Source: Utricularia gibba (lineage: Eukaryota; Plantae; Magnoliophyta). From it: a DNA stretch of 64,000 nucleotides. The position numbers and the translations under genes are program-made. Location of the stretch: positions 3,534,001 to 3,598,000 of the forward strand of contig NEEC01000007.1 in assembly GCA_002189035.1 (NCBI GenBank), in the 5' to 3' direction. Of this stretch, positions 50,489 to 63,000 are shown piece after piece; the first letter of the stretch is position 1; each line of letters begins with the position of its first letter. The notes below the pieces were generated by a model, which searched no databases, was not told the DNA's origin, and was given only the letters and a program-made list of their open reading frames with translations.

Positions 50489-52320
50489 GGTCCTACTCGA
50501 CGAAAATCGTGATGCAGTTATTGAAGTTAGGATTTCATGAGCACCCAAAATGGTTTTCTCAACCGCATGCTTTATATTTGATAAGGTGCTCTCGTGGGGC
50601 AACGGTATCGAGTAGGAGGTCGAGTCGAGCTCGGGCCCATAGTCATTTGTAGCTCGGCAAAAAACTTGATGCATTTATTAACGTTGGTTTTAATAGGCTG
50701 CCTCAATGGTTTTCTCAAGGAAAAGCTTGTCGTTTTTGGGCGGTGATGTCGTTGTGAACTTCGTTCTGACCCAAGGTTCGGTCTGTCTCCTTTGCCAAAT
50801 CTGGTCCTACTCGACGAAAATCGTGATGCAGTTATTGAAGTTAGGATTTCATGAGCACCCAAAATGCTTTTCAATCGCATGCTTTGTAGTTGAGGAGGCG
50901 CTCTAGTGGGGCACGGTATCGGGCAAAAGGTCGAGTCGGGCTCGCCAGAGTCATTTTTAGCCTGTCAAAAAAAGTGATGCATTTATTAACGTTGGGTTTT
51001 AATAGGCTGCCTACATGGTTTCTCAAGGAAAAGCTTGTCGTTTCTGGGCGGTGATGTCTTTGGAACTTCGTTCTGACCATAGGTTCGGTCTGACTCCTTT
51101 GCCACATCGGTCCTACTCGACGAAAATCGTGATGCAGTTATTGAAGTTAGGATTCATGAGCACCCAAAATGGTTTTCTCAACCGCATGCTTTATATTTGA
51201 TAAGGCACTCTCGTGGGGCAACGGTATCGAGCAGGAGGTCGAGTCGAGCTCGCCCAGAGTCATTTGTAGCCCGGCAAAAAATTGATGCATTTATTAACGT
51301 TGGTTTTAATAGGCTGCCTACATGTTTCTCAAGGAAAAGCTTGTCGTTTCTGGGCGGGTGATGTCTTTTGGAACTTCGTTCTGACCATAGGTTCGGTCTG
51401 ACTCCTTTGCCACATCGGGTCCTACTCGACGAAAATCGTGATGCAGTTATTGAAGTTAGGATTTCATGAGCACCCAAAATGGTTTTCTCAACCGCATGCT
51501 TTATATTTGATAAGGTGCTCTCGTGGGGCAACGGTATCGAGTAGGAGGTCGAGTCGAGCTCGGGCCCATAGTCATTTGTAGCTCGGCAAAAAACTTGATG
51601 CATTTATTAACGGTTGGTTTTAATAGGCTGCCTCAATGGTTTTCTCAAGGAAAAGCTTGTCGTTTTTGGGCGGGTGATGTCGTTGTGAACTTCGTTCTGA
51701 CCCAAGGTTCGGTCTGTCTCCTTTGCCAAATCTGGTCCTACTCGACGAAAATCGTGATGCAGTTATTGAAGTTAGGATTTCATGAGCACCCAAAATGCTT
51801 TTGTCAATCGCATGCTTTGTAGTTGAGGAGGCGCTCTAGTGGGGCACGGTATCGGGCAAAGGTCGAGTCGGGCTCGCTCCCAGAGTCATTTTTAGCCTGT
51901 CAAAAAAAGTGATGCATTTATTAACGTTGGGTTTTAAAGGCTGCCTACATGGTTTCTCAAGAAAAGCTTGTCGTTTCTGGGGGGTGATGTCTTTTGGAAC
52001 TTCGTTCTGACCATAGTTCGGTCTGACTCCTTTGCCACATCGGGTCCTACTCGACGAAAATCGTGATGCAGTTATTGAAGTTAGGATTTCATGAGCACCC
52101 AAAATGGTTTTCTCAACCGCATGCTTTATATTGATAAGGCACTCTCGTGGGGCAACGGTATCGAGCAGGAGGTCGAGTCGAGCTCGGCCCAGAGTCATTT
52201 GTAGCCCGGCAAAAAATTGATGCATTTATTAACGTTCGGCTTTATTAGGCTGCCTACATAGTTTCTCAAGGAAAAGCTTGTCGTTTCTGCGGGTGATGTC
52301 TTTTGGAACTTCGTTCTGAC

Positions 52321-53830
52321 CAAGGTTCGGTCTGACTCCTTTGCCACCTACTCGACGAAAATCGTGATGCAGTTATTGAAGTTAGGATTTCATGAGCTGG
52401 TTTTCTCAACCGCATGCGATAAGGTGCTCTCGTGGGGCAACGGTATCGAGTAGGAGGTCGAGTCGAGCTTAGTCATTTGTAGCTCGGCAAAAAACTTGAT
52501 GCATTTATTAACGGAATAGGCTGCCTCAATGGTTTTCTCAAGGAAAAGCAACTTCCCAAAAATCTGGTCCTACTCGACGAAAATCGTGATGCAGTTATTG
52601 AAGTTAGGATTTCATGAGCACCCAAAATGCTTTTGTCAATCGCATGCTTTGTATAGGAGGCGCTCTAGTGGGGCACGGTAAGGTCGAGTCGGGCTCTCAT
52701 TTTTAGTGGTGATGCATTTATTAACGTTGGGTTTTAATAGGCTGCCTAGGAAAAGCTTGTCGTTTCTGGCGGGTGATGGGAACTTCGTTCTGACCATAGT
52801 TCGAGCCACATCGGGTCCTACTCGACGAAAATCGTGATGCAGTTATTGAAGTTAGGATTTCATGAGCACCCAAAATGGTTTTCTCAACCGCATGCTTTAT
52901 ATTTGATAAGTGCTCTCGTGCAACGGTATCGAGTAGGAGGTCGAGTCGAGCTCGGCCCATAGTCATTTGTAGCTCGGCAAAAAACTTGATGCATTTATTA
53001 ACGGTTGGTTTTAATAGGCTGCCTCAATGTTTTCTCAAGGAAAAGCTTGTCGTTTTTGGGCGGGTGATGTCGTTGTGAACTTCGTTCTGACCAAGGTTCG
53101 GTCTCTCCTTTGCCAAATCTGGTCCTACTCGACGAAAATCGTGATGCAGTTATTGAAGTTAGGATTTCATGAGCACCCAAAATGCTGAATCGCATGCTTT
53201 GTAGTTGAGACGCTCTAGTGGGGCACGGTATCGGCAAAAGGTCGAGTCGGCTCGAGAGTCATTTTAGCCTGTCAAAAAAAGTGATGCATTTATTAACGTT
53301 GGGTTTTAATAGGCTGCCTACATGGTTTCTCAAGGAAAAGCTTGTCGTTTCTGGGCGGGTGATGTCTTTTGGAACTTCGTTCTGACCATAGGTTCGGTCT
53401 GACTCCTTTGCCACATCGGGTCCTACTCGACGAAAATCGTGATGCAGTTATTGAAGTTAGGATTTCATGAGCACCCAAAATGGTTTTCTCAACCGCATGC
53501 TTTATATTTGATAAGGTGCTCTCGTGGGGCAACGGTATCGAGTAGGAGTCGAGTCGAGCTCGGGCCCATAGTCATTTGTAGCTCGGCAAAAAACTTGATG
53601 CATTTATTAACGTTGGTTTTATAGGCTGCCTCAATGGTTTCTCAAGGAAAAGCTTGTCATGTCGTTGTGAACTTCGTTCTGACCAAGGTTCAAAAGGTCC
53701 TACTCGACGAAAATCGTGATGCAGTTATTGAAGTTAGGATTTCATGAGCACCCAAAATGTGCATGCTTTGTATTGAGGAGGCGCGTGGGGCACGGTATTC
53801 GAGTCGGCTCGCTCCCAGAGTCATTTTAAA
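52321..53830. other. Run of deletion-riddled monomers retaining Y-X order
   Basis: X-to-X spacings shrink to ~832 and ~555 bp. Examples of short gaps: ttgccacctactcg, catgagctggtttt, aggaaaagcaacttcccaaaaatctgg. Confidence 0.6.
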
Positions 53831-56800
53831 AAAAAGTGATGCATTTATTAACGTTGGGTTTTAATAGGCTGCCTACATGGTTTCTCAAGGAAAAGCTTGT
53901 CGTTTCTGCGGGTGATGTCTTTTGGAACTTCGTTCTGACCATAGGTTCGGTCTGACTCCTTTGCCACATCGGGTCCTACTCGACGAAAATCGTGATGCAG
54001 TTATTGAAGTTAGGATTTCATGAGCACCCAAAATGTTTTCTCAACGCATGCTTTATTGAGGAGGCGCTCTGTGGGGCACGGTATCGAGCAAAGGTCGAGT
54101 CGGGCTCGCTCCCAGAGTCATTTTTAGCCTGCAAAAAAAGTGATGCATTTATTAACGTTGGTTTTAATAGGCTGCCTACATGGTTTCTCAAGGAAAAGCT
54201 TGTCGTTTCTGGGGGTGATGTCTTTTGGAACTTCGTTCTGACCATAGGTTCGGTCTGACTCCTTTGCCACATCGGGTCCTACTCGACGAAAATCGTGATG
54301 CAGTTATTGAAGTTAGGATTTCATGAGCACCCAAAATGGTTTTCTCAACCGCATGCTTTATATTTGATAAGGTGCTCTCGTGGGGCAACGGTATCGAGTA
54401 GGAGGTCGAGTCGAGCTCGGGCCCATAGTCATTTGTAGCTCGGCAAAAAACTTGATGCATTTATTAACGTTGTTTTAATAGGCTGCCTCAATGGTTTTCT
54501 CAAGGAAAAGCTTGTCGTTTTTGGGCGGTGATGTCGTTGTGAACTTCGTTCTGACCAAGGTTCGGTCTGTCTCCTTTGCCAAATCTGGTCCTACTCGACG
54601 AAAATCGTGATGCAGTTATTGAAGTTAGGATTTCATGAGCACCCAAAATGCTTTTTCAATCGCATGCTTTGTAGTTGAGGAGGCGCTCTAGTGGGGCACG
54701 GTATCGGGCAAAAGGTCGAGTCGGCTCGCTCCCAGAGTCATTTTAGCCTGTCAAAAAAAGTGATGCATTTATTAACGTTGGTTTTATAGGCTGCCTACAT
54801 GGTTTCTCAAGGAAAAGCTTGTCGTTTCTGGGCGGGTGATGTCTTTGGAACTTCGTTCTGACCAAGGTTCGGTCTGACTCCTTTGCCACATCGGTCCTAC
54901 TCGACGAAAATCGTGATGCAGTTATTGAAGTTAGGATTTCATGAGCACCCAAAATGGTTTTCTCAACCGCATGCTTTATATTTGATAAGCGCTCTCGTGG
55001 GGCAACGGTATCGAGCAGGAGTCGAGTCGAGCTCGGCCCAGAGTCATTTGTAGCGGCAAAAAATTGATGCATTTATTAACTTGGTTTTTAGGCTGCCTAC
55101 ATGGTTTTCTCAAGGAAAAGCTTGTCGTTTCTGGCGGGTGATGTCTTTTGGAACTTCGTTCTGACCATAGGTTCGGTCTGACTCCTTTGCCACATCGGGT
55201 CCTACTCGACGAAAATCGTGATGCAGTTATTGAAGTTAGGATTTCATGAGCACCCAAAATGTTTTCTCAACCGCATGCTTTATATTTGATAAGGGCTCTC
55301 GTGGGGCAACGGTATCGAGCAGGAGGTCGAGTCGAGCTCGGCCCATAGTCATTTGTAGCTCGGCAAAAAAATTGATGCATTTATTAACGTTGGTTTAATA
55401 GGCTGCCTACATGGTTTCTCAAGGAAAAGCTTGTCGTTTCTGGGCGGGTGATGTCTTTTGGAACTTCGTTCTGACCATAGGTTCGGTCTGACTCCTTTGC
55501 CACATCGGGTCCTACTCGACGAAAATCGTGATGCAGTTATTGAAGTTAGGATTTCATGAGCACCCAAAATGGTTTTCTCAACCGCATGCTTTATATTTGA
55601 TAAGTGCTCTCGTGGGGCAACGGTATCGAGTAGGAGGTCGAGTCGAGCTCGGGCCCATAGTCATTTGTAGCTCGGCAAAAAACTTGATGCATTTATTAAC
55701 GGTTGGTTTTAATAGGCTGCCTCAATGGTTTCTCAAGGAAAAGCTTGTCGTTTTTGGGCGGGTGATGTCGTTGTGAACTTCGTTCTGACCCAAGGTTCGG
55801 TCTGTCTCCTTTGCCAAATCTGGTCCTACTCGACGAAAATCGTGATGCAGTTATTGAAGTTAGGATTTCATGAGCACCCAAAATGCTTTTGTCAATCGCA
55901 TGCTTTGTAGTTGAGGAGGCGCTCTAGTGGGGCACGGTATCGGGCAAAAGGTCGAGTCGGGCTCGCTCCCAGAGTCATTTTTAGCCTGTCAAAAAAAGTG
56001 ATGCATTTATTAACGTTGGGTTTTAATAGGCTGCCTACATGGTTTCTCAAGGAAAAGCTTGTCGTTTCTGGGCGGGTGATGTCTTTTGGAACTTCGTTCT
56101 GACCATAGGTTCGGTCTGACTCCTTTGCCACATCGGGTCCTACTCGACGAAAATCGTGATGCAGTTATTGAAGTTAGGATTCATGAGCACCCAAAATGGT
56201 TTTCTCAACCGCATGCTTTATATTTGATAAGGCACTCTCGTGGGGCAACGGTATCGAGCAGTCGAGTCGAGCTCGGCCCAGAGTCATTTGTAGCCCGGCA
56301 AAAAAAAATTGATGCATTTATTAACGTTGGCTTTATAGGCTGCCTCATAGTTTCTCAAGGAAAAGCTTGTCGTTTTGGGCGGGTGATGTCTTTTGGAACT
56401 TCGTTCTGACCAAGGTTCGGTCTGACTCCTTTGCCACATCGGTCCTACTCGACGAAAATCGTGATGCAGTTATTGAAGTTAGGATTTCATGAGCACCCAA
56501 AATGGTTTTCTCAACCGCATGCTTTATATTTGATAAGGTGCTCTCGTGGGGCAACGGTATCGAGTAGGAGGTCGAGTCGAGCTCGGGCCCATAGTCATTT
56601 GTAGCTCGGCAAAAAACTTGATGCATTTATTAACGGTTGGTTTTAATAGGCTGCCTCAATGTTTTCTCAAGGAAAAGCTTGTCGTTTTTGGCGGGTGATG
56701 TCGTTGTGAACTTCGTTCTGACCCAAGGTTCGGTCTGTCTCCTTTGCCAAATCTGGTCCTACTCGACGAAAATCGTGATGCAGTTATTGAAGTTAGGATT

Positions 56801-59800
56801 TCATGAGCACCCAAAATGTTTTCTCAACGCATGCTTTGTATTTGAGGAGGCGCTCTCGTGGGGCACGGTATCGGCAAAAGGTCGAGTCGGCTCGCCCAGA
56901 GTCATTTTAGCCGCAAAAAAGTGATGCATTTATTAACGTTGGTTTTAATAGGCTGCCTACATGGTTTCTCAAGGAAAGCTTGTCGTTTCTGGGGGTGATG
57001 TCTTTTGGAACTTCGTTCTGACCATAGGTTCGGTCTGACTCCTTTGCCACATCGGGTCCTACTCGACGAAAATCGTGATGCAGTTATTGAAGTTAGGATT
57101 TCATGAGCACCCAAAATGGTTTCTCAACCGCATGCTTTATATTTGATAAGGTGCTCTCGTGGGGCAACGGTATCGAGTAGGAGGTCGAGTCGAGCTCGGG
57201 CCCATAGTCATTTGTAGCTCGGCAAAAACTTGATGCATTTATTAACGTTGGTTTTAATAGGCTGCCTCAATGGTTTTCTCAAGGAAAAGCTTGTCGTTTT
57301 TGGCGGGTGATGTCGTTGTGAACTTCGTTCTGACCAAGGTTCGGTCTGTCTCCTTTGCCAATCTGGTCCTACTCGACGAAAATCGTGATGCAGTTATTGA
57401 AGTTAGGATTTCATGAGCACCAAAATGTTTTGTCAATCGCATGCTTTGTAGTTGAGGAGGCGCTCTAGTGGGGCACGGTATCGGCAAAAGGTCGAGTCGG
57501 CTCGCCCAGAGTCATTTTAGCCTGTCAAAAAAATGATGCATTTATTAACGTTGGTTTTAATAGGCTGCCTACATGGTTTCTCAAGGAAAAGCTTGTCGTT
57601 TCTGGCGGGTGATGTCTTTTGGAACTTCGTTCTGACCATAGTTCGGTCTGACTCCTTTGCCACATCGGGTCCTACTCGACGAAAATCGTGATGCAGTTAT
57701 TGAAGTTAGGATTTCATGAGCACCCAAAATGGTTTTCTCAACCGCATGCTTTTATTTGATAAGGTGCTCTCGTGGGGCAACGGTATCGAGTAGGTCGAGT
57801 CGAGCTCGGGCCCATAGTCATTTGTAGCTCGGCAAAAAACTTGATGCATTTATTAACGGTTGGTTTTAATAGGCTGCCTCAATGGTTTTCTCAAGGAAAA
57901 GCTTGTCGTTTTGGCGGTGATGTCGTTGTGAACTTCGTTCTGACCAAGGTTCGGTCTGTCTCCTTTGCCAAATCTGGTCCTACTCGACGAAAATCGTGAT
58001 GCAGTTATTGAAGTTAGGATTTCATGAGCACCCAAAATGCTTTTGTCAATCGCATGCTTTGTAGTTGAGGAGGCGCTCTAGTGGGGCACGGTATCGGGCA
58101 AAGGTCGAGTCGGGCTCGCTCCCAGAGTCATTTTTAGCCTGTCAAAAAAAGTGATGCATTTATTAACGTTGGGTTTTAATAGGCTGCCTACATGGTTTCT
58201 CAAGGAAAAGCTTGTCGTTTCTGGGCGGGTGATGTCTTTTGGAACTTCGTTCTGACCATAGGTTCGGTCTGACTCCTTTGCCACATCGGGTCCTACTCGA
58301 CGAAAATCGTGATGCAGTTATTGAAGTTAGGATTTCATGAGCACCCAAAATGGTTTTCTCAACCGCATGCTTTATATTTGATAAGGCACTCTCGTGGGGC
58401 AACGGTATCGAGCAGGAGGTCGAGTCGAGCTCGGCCCAGAGTCATTTGTAGCCCGGCAAAAAATTGATGCATTTATTAACGTTCGGCTTTATAGGCTGCC
58501 TACATAGTTTCTCAAGGAAAAGCTTGTCGTTTCTGGGCGGGTGATGTCTTTTGGAACTTCGTTCTGACCATAGGTTCGGTCTGACTCCTTTGCCACATCG
58601 GGTCCTACTCGACGAAAATCGTGATGCAGTTATTGAAGTTAGGATTTCATGAGCACCCAAAATGGTTTTCTCAACCGCATGCTTTATATTTGATAAGGCG
58701 CTCTCGTGGGCAACGGTATCGAGTAGGAGGTCGAGTCGAGCTCGGGCCCATAGTCATTTGTAGCTCGGCAAAAAACTTGATGCATTTATTAACGGTTGGT
58801 TTTAATAGGCTGCCTCAATGGTTTTCTCAAGGAAAAGCTTGTCGTTTTTGGGCGGGTGATGTCGTTGTGAACTTCGTTCTGACCAAGGTTCGGTCTGTCT
58901 CCTTTGCCAAATCTGGTCCTACTCGACGAAAATCGTGATGCAGTTATTGAAGTTAGGATTCATGAGCACCCAAAATGCTTTTTCAATCGCATGCTTTGTA
59001 GTTGAGGAGGCGCTCTAGTGGGGCACGGTATGCGGGCAAAAGGTCGAGTCGGGCTCGCCCAGAGTCATTTTTAGCCTGTCAAAAAAAGTGATGCATTTAT
59101 TAACGTTGGGTTTTAATAGGCTGCCTACATGGTTTCTCAAGGAAAAGCTTGTCGTTTCTGGGGGTGATGTCTTTTGGAACTTCGTTCTGACCATAGGTTC
59201 GGTCTGACTCCTTTGCCACATCGGGTCCTACTCGACGAAAATCGTGATGCAGTTATTGAAGTTAGGATTCATGAGCACCCAAAATGGTTTTCTCAACCGC
59301 ATGCTTTATATTTATAAGGCACTCTCGTGGGGCAACGGTATCGAGCAGGAGGTCGAGTCGAGCTCGGCCCAGAGTCATTTGTAGCCCGGCAAAAAAATTG
59401 ATGCATTTATTAACGTTGGCTTTATTAGGCTGCCTACATAGTTTCTCAAGGAAAAGCTTGTCGTTTCTGGGCGGGTGATGTCTTTTGGAACTTCGTTCTG
59501 ACCATAGGTTCGGTCTGACTCCTTTGCCACATCGGGTCCTACTCGACGAAAATCGTGATGCAGTTATTGAAGTTAGGATTTCATGAGCACCCAAAATGGT
59601 TTTCTCAACCGCATGCTTTATATTTGATAAGGCACTCTCGTGGGGCAACGGTATCGAGTAGGAGGTCGAGTCGAGCTCGGGCCCATAGTCATTTAGCCGG
59701 CAAAAAATTGATGCATTTATTAACGTTTGGTTTTAATAGGCTGCCTCAATGGTTTTCTCAAGGAAAAGCTTGTCGTTTTTGGGCGGGTGATGTCGTTGTG

Positions 59801-59844
59801 AACTTCGTTCTGACCCAAGGTTCGGTCTGTCTCCTTTGCCAAAT

Positions 59845-60075
59845 CTCCTTTGCCACATCGCATGGTCCTCTACACGGTATCGACGAAAGATCATTTTTAG
59901 CCTGATGCAGTTAATTGAAGTTAAGGATTGTCATGAGTTCTGACCCGGTCTGACTCCTTTGCCACATCGGGTCCTACTCGACGAAAATCGTGATGCAGTT
60001 ATTGAAGTTAGGATTCATCATGAGCATGCTTTATATTGATAAGGCCTCTCGTGGGGCAACGGTATCGATCGAGTC
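59845..60075. other. Collapsed/scrambled X monomer
   Basis: After a Y end, X fragments (cacggtatcg, tcatttttagcctg) are interleaved with the monomer start in ~120 bp. Confidence 0.55.
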
Positions 60076-63000
60076 GGCTCGCCCAGAGTCATTTTAGCCC
60101 GGCAAAAAAATTGATGCATTTATTAACGTTCGGTTTATTAGGCTGCCTACATATTTTCAAGGAAAAGCTTGTCGTTTCTGGGCGGGTGATGTCTTTTGGA
60201 ACTTCGTTCTGACCATAGGTTCGGTCTGACTCCTTTGCCACATCGGGTCCTACTCGACGAAAATCGTGATGCAGTTATTGAAGTTAGGATTTCATGAGCA
60301 CCCAAAATGGTTTTCTCAACCGCATGCTTTATATTTGATAAGGTGCTCTCGTGGGGCAACGGTATCGAGTAGGAGGTCGAGTCGAGCTCGGGCCCATAGT
60401 CATTTGTAGCTCGGCAAAAAACTTGATGCATTTATTAACGTTGGTTTTAATAGGCTGCCTCAATGGTTTTCTCAAGGAAAAGCTTGTCGTTTTTGGGCGG
60501 TGATGTCGTTGTGAACTTCGTTCTGACCAAGGTTCGGTCTGTCTCTTTGCCAAATCTGGTCCTACTCGACGAAAATCGTGATGCAGTTATTGAAGTTAGA
60601 TTTCATGAGCACCCAAAATGCTTTTGTCAATCGCATGCTTTGTAGTTGAGGAGGCGCTCTAGTGGGGCACGGTATCGGGCAAAAGGTCGAGTCGGCTCGC
60701 TCCAGAGTCATTTTTAGCCTGTCAAAAAAAGTGATGCATTTATTAACGTTGGGTTTAATAGGCTGCCTACATGGTTTCTCAAGGAAAAGCTTGTCGTTTC
60801 TGGGCGGTGATGTCTTTTGGAACTTCGTTCTGACCATAGGTTCGGTCTGACTCCTTTGCCACATCGGGTCCTACTCGACGAAAATCGTGATGCAGTTATT
60901 GAAGTTAGGATTTCATGAGCACCCAAAATGGTTTTCTCAACCGCATGCTTTATATTTCATAAGGTGCTTTCTCGCATGCTTTATATTTGATAAGGCACTC
61001 TCGTGGGGCAACGGTATCGAGCAGGAGGTCGAGTCGAGCTCGGGCCCAGAGTCATTTGTAGCCGGCAAAAAAATTGATGCATTTATTAACGTTCGGTTTA
61101 TTAGGCTGCCTACATAGTTTTCTCAAGGAAAAGCTTGTCGTTTCTGGGCGGGTGATGTCTTTTGGAACTTCGTTCTGACCATAGGTTCGGTCTGACTCCT
61201 TTGCCACATCGGGTCCTACTCGACGAAAATCGTGATGCAGTTATTGAAGTTAGGATTCATGAGCACCCAAAATGGTTTTCTCAACCGCATGCTTTATATT
61301 TGATAAGGTGCTCTCGTGGGGCAACGGTATCGAGTAGGAGGTCGAGTCGAGCTCGGGCCCATAGTCATTTGTAGCTCGGCAAAAAACTTGATGCATTTAT
61401 TAACGGTTGGTTTTAATAGGCTGCCTCAATGGTTTTCTCAAGGAAAAGCTTGTCGTTTTTGGGCGGGTGATGTCGTTGTGAACTTCGTTCTGACCAAGGT
61501 TCGGTCTGTCCTTTGCCAAATCTGGTCCTACTCGACGAAAATCGTGATGCAGTTATTGAAGTTAGGATTTCATGAGCACCCAAAATGCTTTTGTCAATCG
61601 CATGCTTTGTATTGAGGAGGCGCTCTAGTGGGGCACGGTATCGGCAAAAGGTCGAGTCGGGCTCGCTCCCAGAGTCATTTTTAGCCTGTCAAAAAAAGTG
61701 ATGCATTTATTAACGTTGGGTTTTAATAGGCTGCCTACATGGTTTCTCAAGGAAAAGCTTGTCGTTTCTGGGCGGGTGATGTCTTTTGGAACTTCGTTCT
61801 GACCATAGGTTCGGTCTGACTCCTTTGCCACATCGGGTCCTACTCGACGAAAATCGTGATGCAGTTATTGAAGTTAGGATTTCATGAGCACCCAAAATGG
61901 TTTTCTCAACCGCATGCTTTATATTTGATAAGGCTTCTCGTGGGGCAACGGTATCGAGTAGGAGGTCGAGTCGAGCTCGGGCCCATAGTCATTTGTAGCT
62001 CGGCAAAAAACTTGATGCATTTATTAACGGTTGGTTTTAATAGGCTGCCTCAATGGTTTTCTCAAGGAAAAGCTTGTCGTTTTTGGGCGGGTGATGTCGT
62101 TGTGAACTTCGTTCTGACCCAAGGTTCGGTCTGTCTCCTTTGCCAATCTGGTCCTACTCGACGAAAATCGTGATGCAGTTATTGAAGTTAGGATTTCATG
62201 AGCACCCAAAATGCTTTTGTCAATCGCATGCTTTGTAGTTGAGGAGGCGCTCTAGTGGGGCACGGTATCGGGCAAAAGGTCGAGTCGGGCTCGCTCCAGA
62301 GTCATTTTTAGCCTGTCAAAAAAAGTGATGCATTTATTAACGTTGGGTTTTAATAGGCTGCCTACATGGTTTCTCAAGGAAAAGCTTGTCGTTTCTGGGC
62401 GGGTGATGTCTTTTGGAACTTCGTTCTGACCATAGGTTCGGTCTGACTCCTTTGCCACATCGGTCCTACTCGACGAAAATCGTGATGCAGTTATTGAAGT
62501 TAGGATTTCATGAGCACCCAAAATGGTTTTCTCAACCGCATGCTTTATATTTGATAAGGCACTCTCGTGGGGCAACGGTATCGAGCAGGAGGTCGAGTCG
62601 AGCTCGGGCCCAGAGTCATTTGTAGCCCGGCAAAAAAATTGATGCATTTATTAACGTTGGTTTTATTAGGCTGCCTACATGTTTTCAAGGAAAAGCTTGT
62701 CGTTTTGGGCGGGTGATGTCTTTTGGAACTTCGTTCTGACCAAGGTTCGGTCTGACTCCTTTGCCAATCGGGTCCTACTCGACGAAAATCGTGATGCAGT
62801 TATTGAAGTTAGGATTTCATGAGCACCCAAAATGGTTTTCTCAACCGCATGCTTTATATTTGATAAGGTGCTCTCGTGGGGCAACGGTATCGAGTAGGAG
62901 GTCGAGTCGAGCTCGGGCCATAGTCATTTGTAGCTCGGCAAAAAACTTGATGCATTTATTAACGGTTGGTTTTAATAGGCTGCCTCAATGGTTTTCTCAA

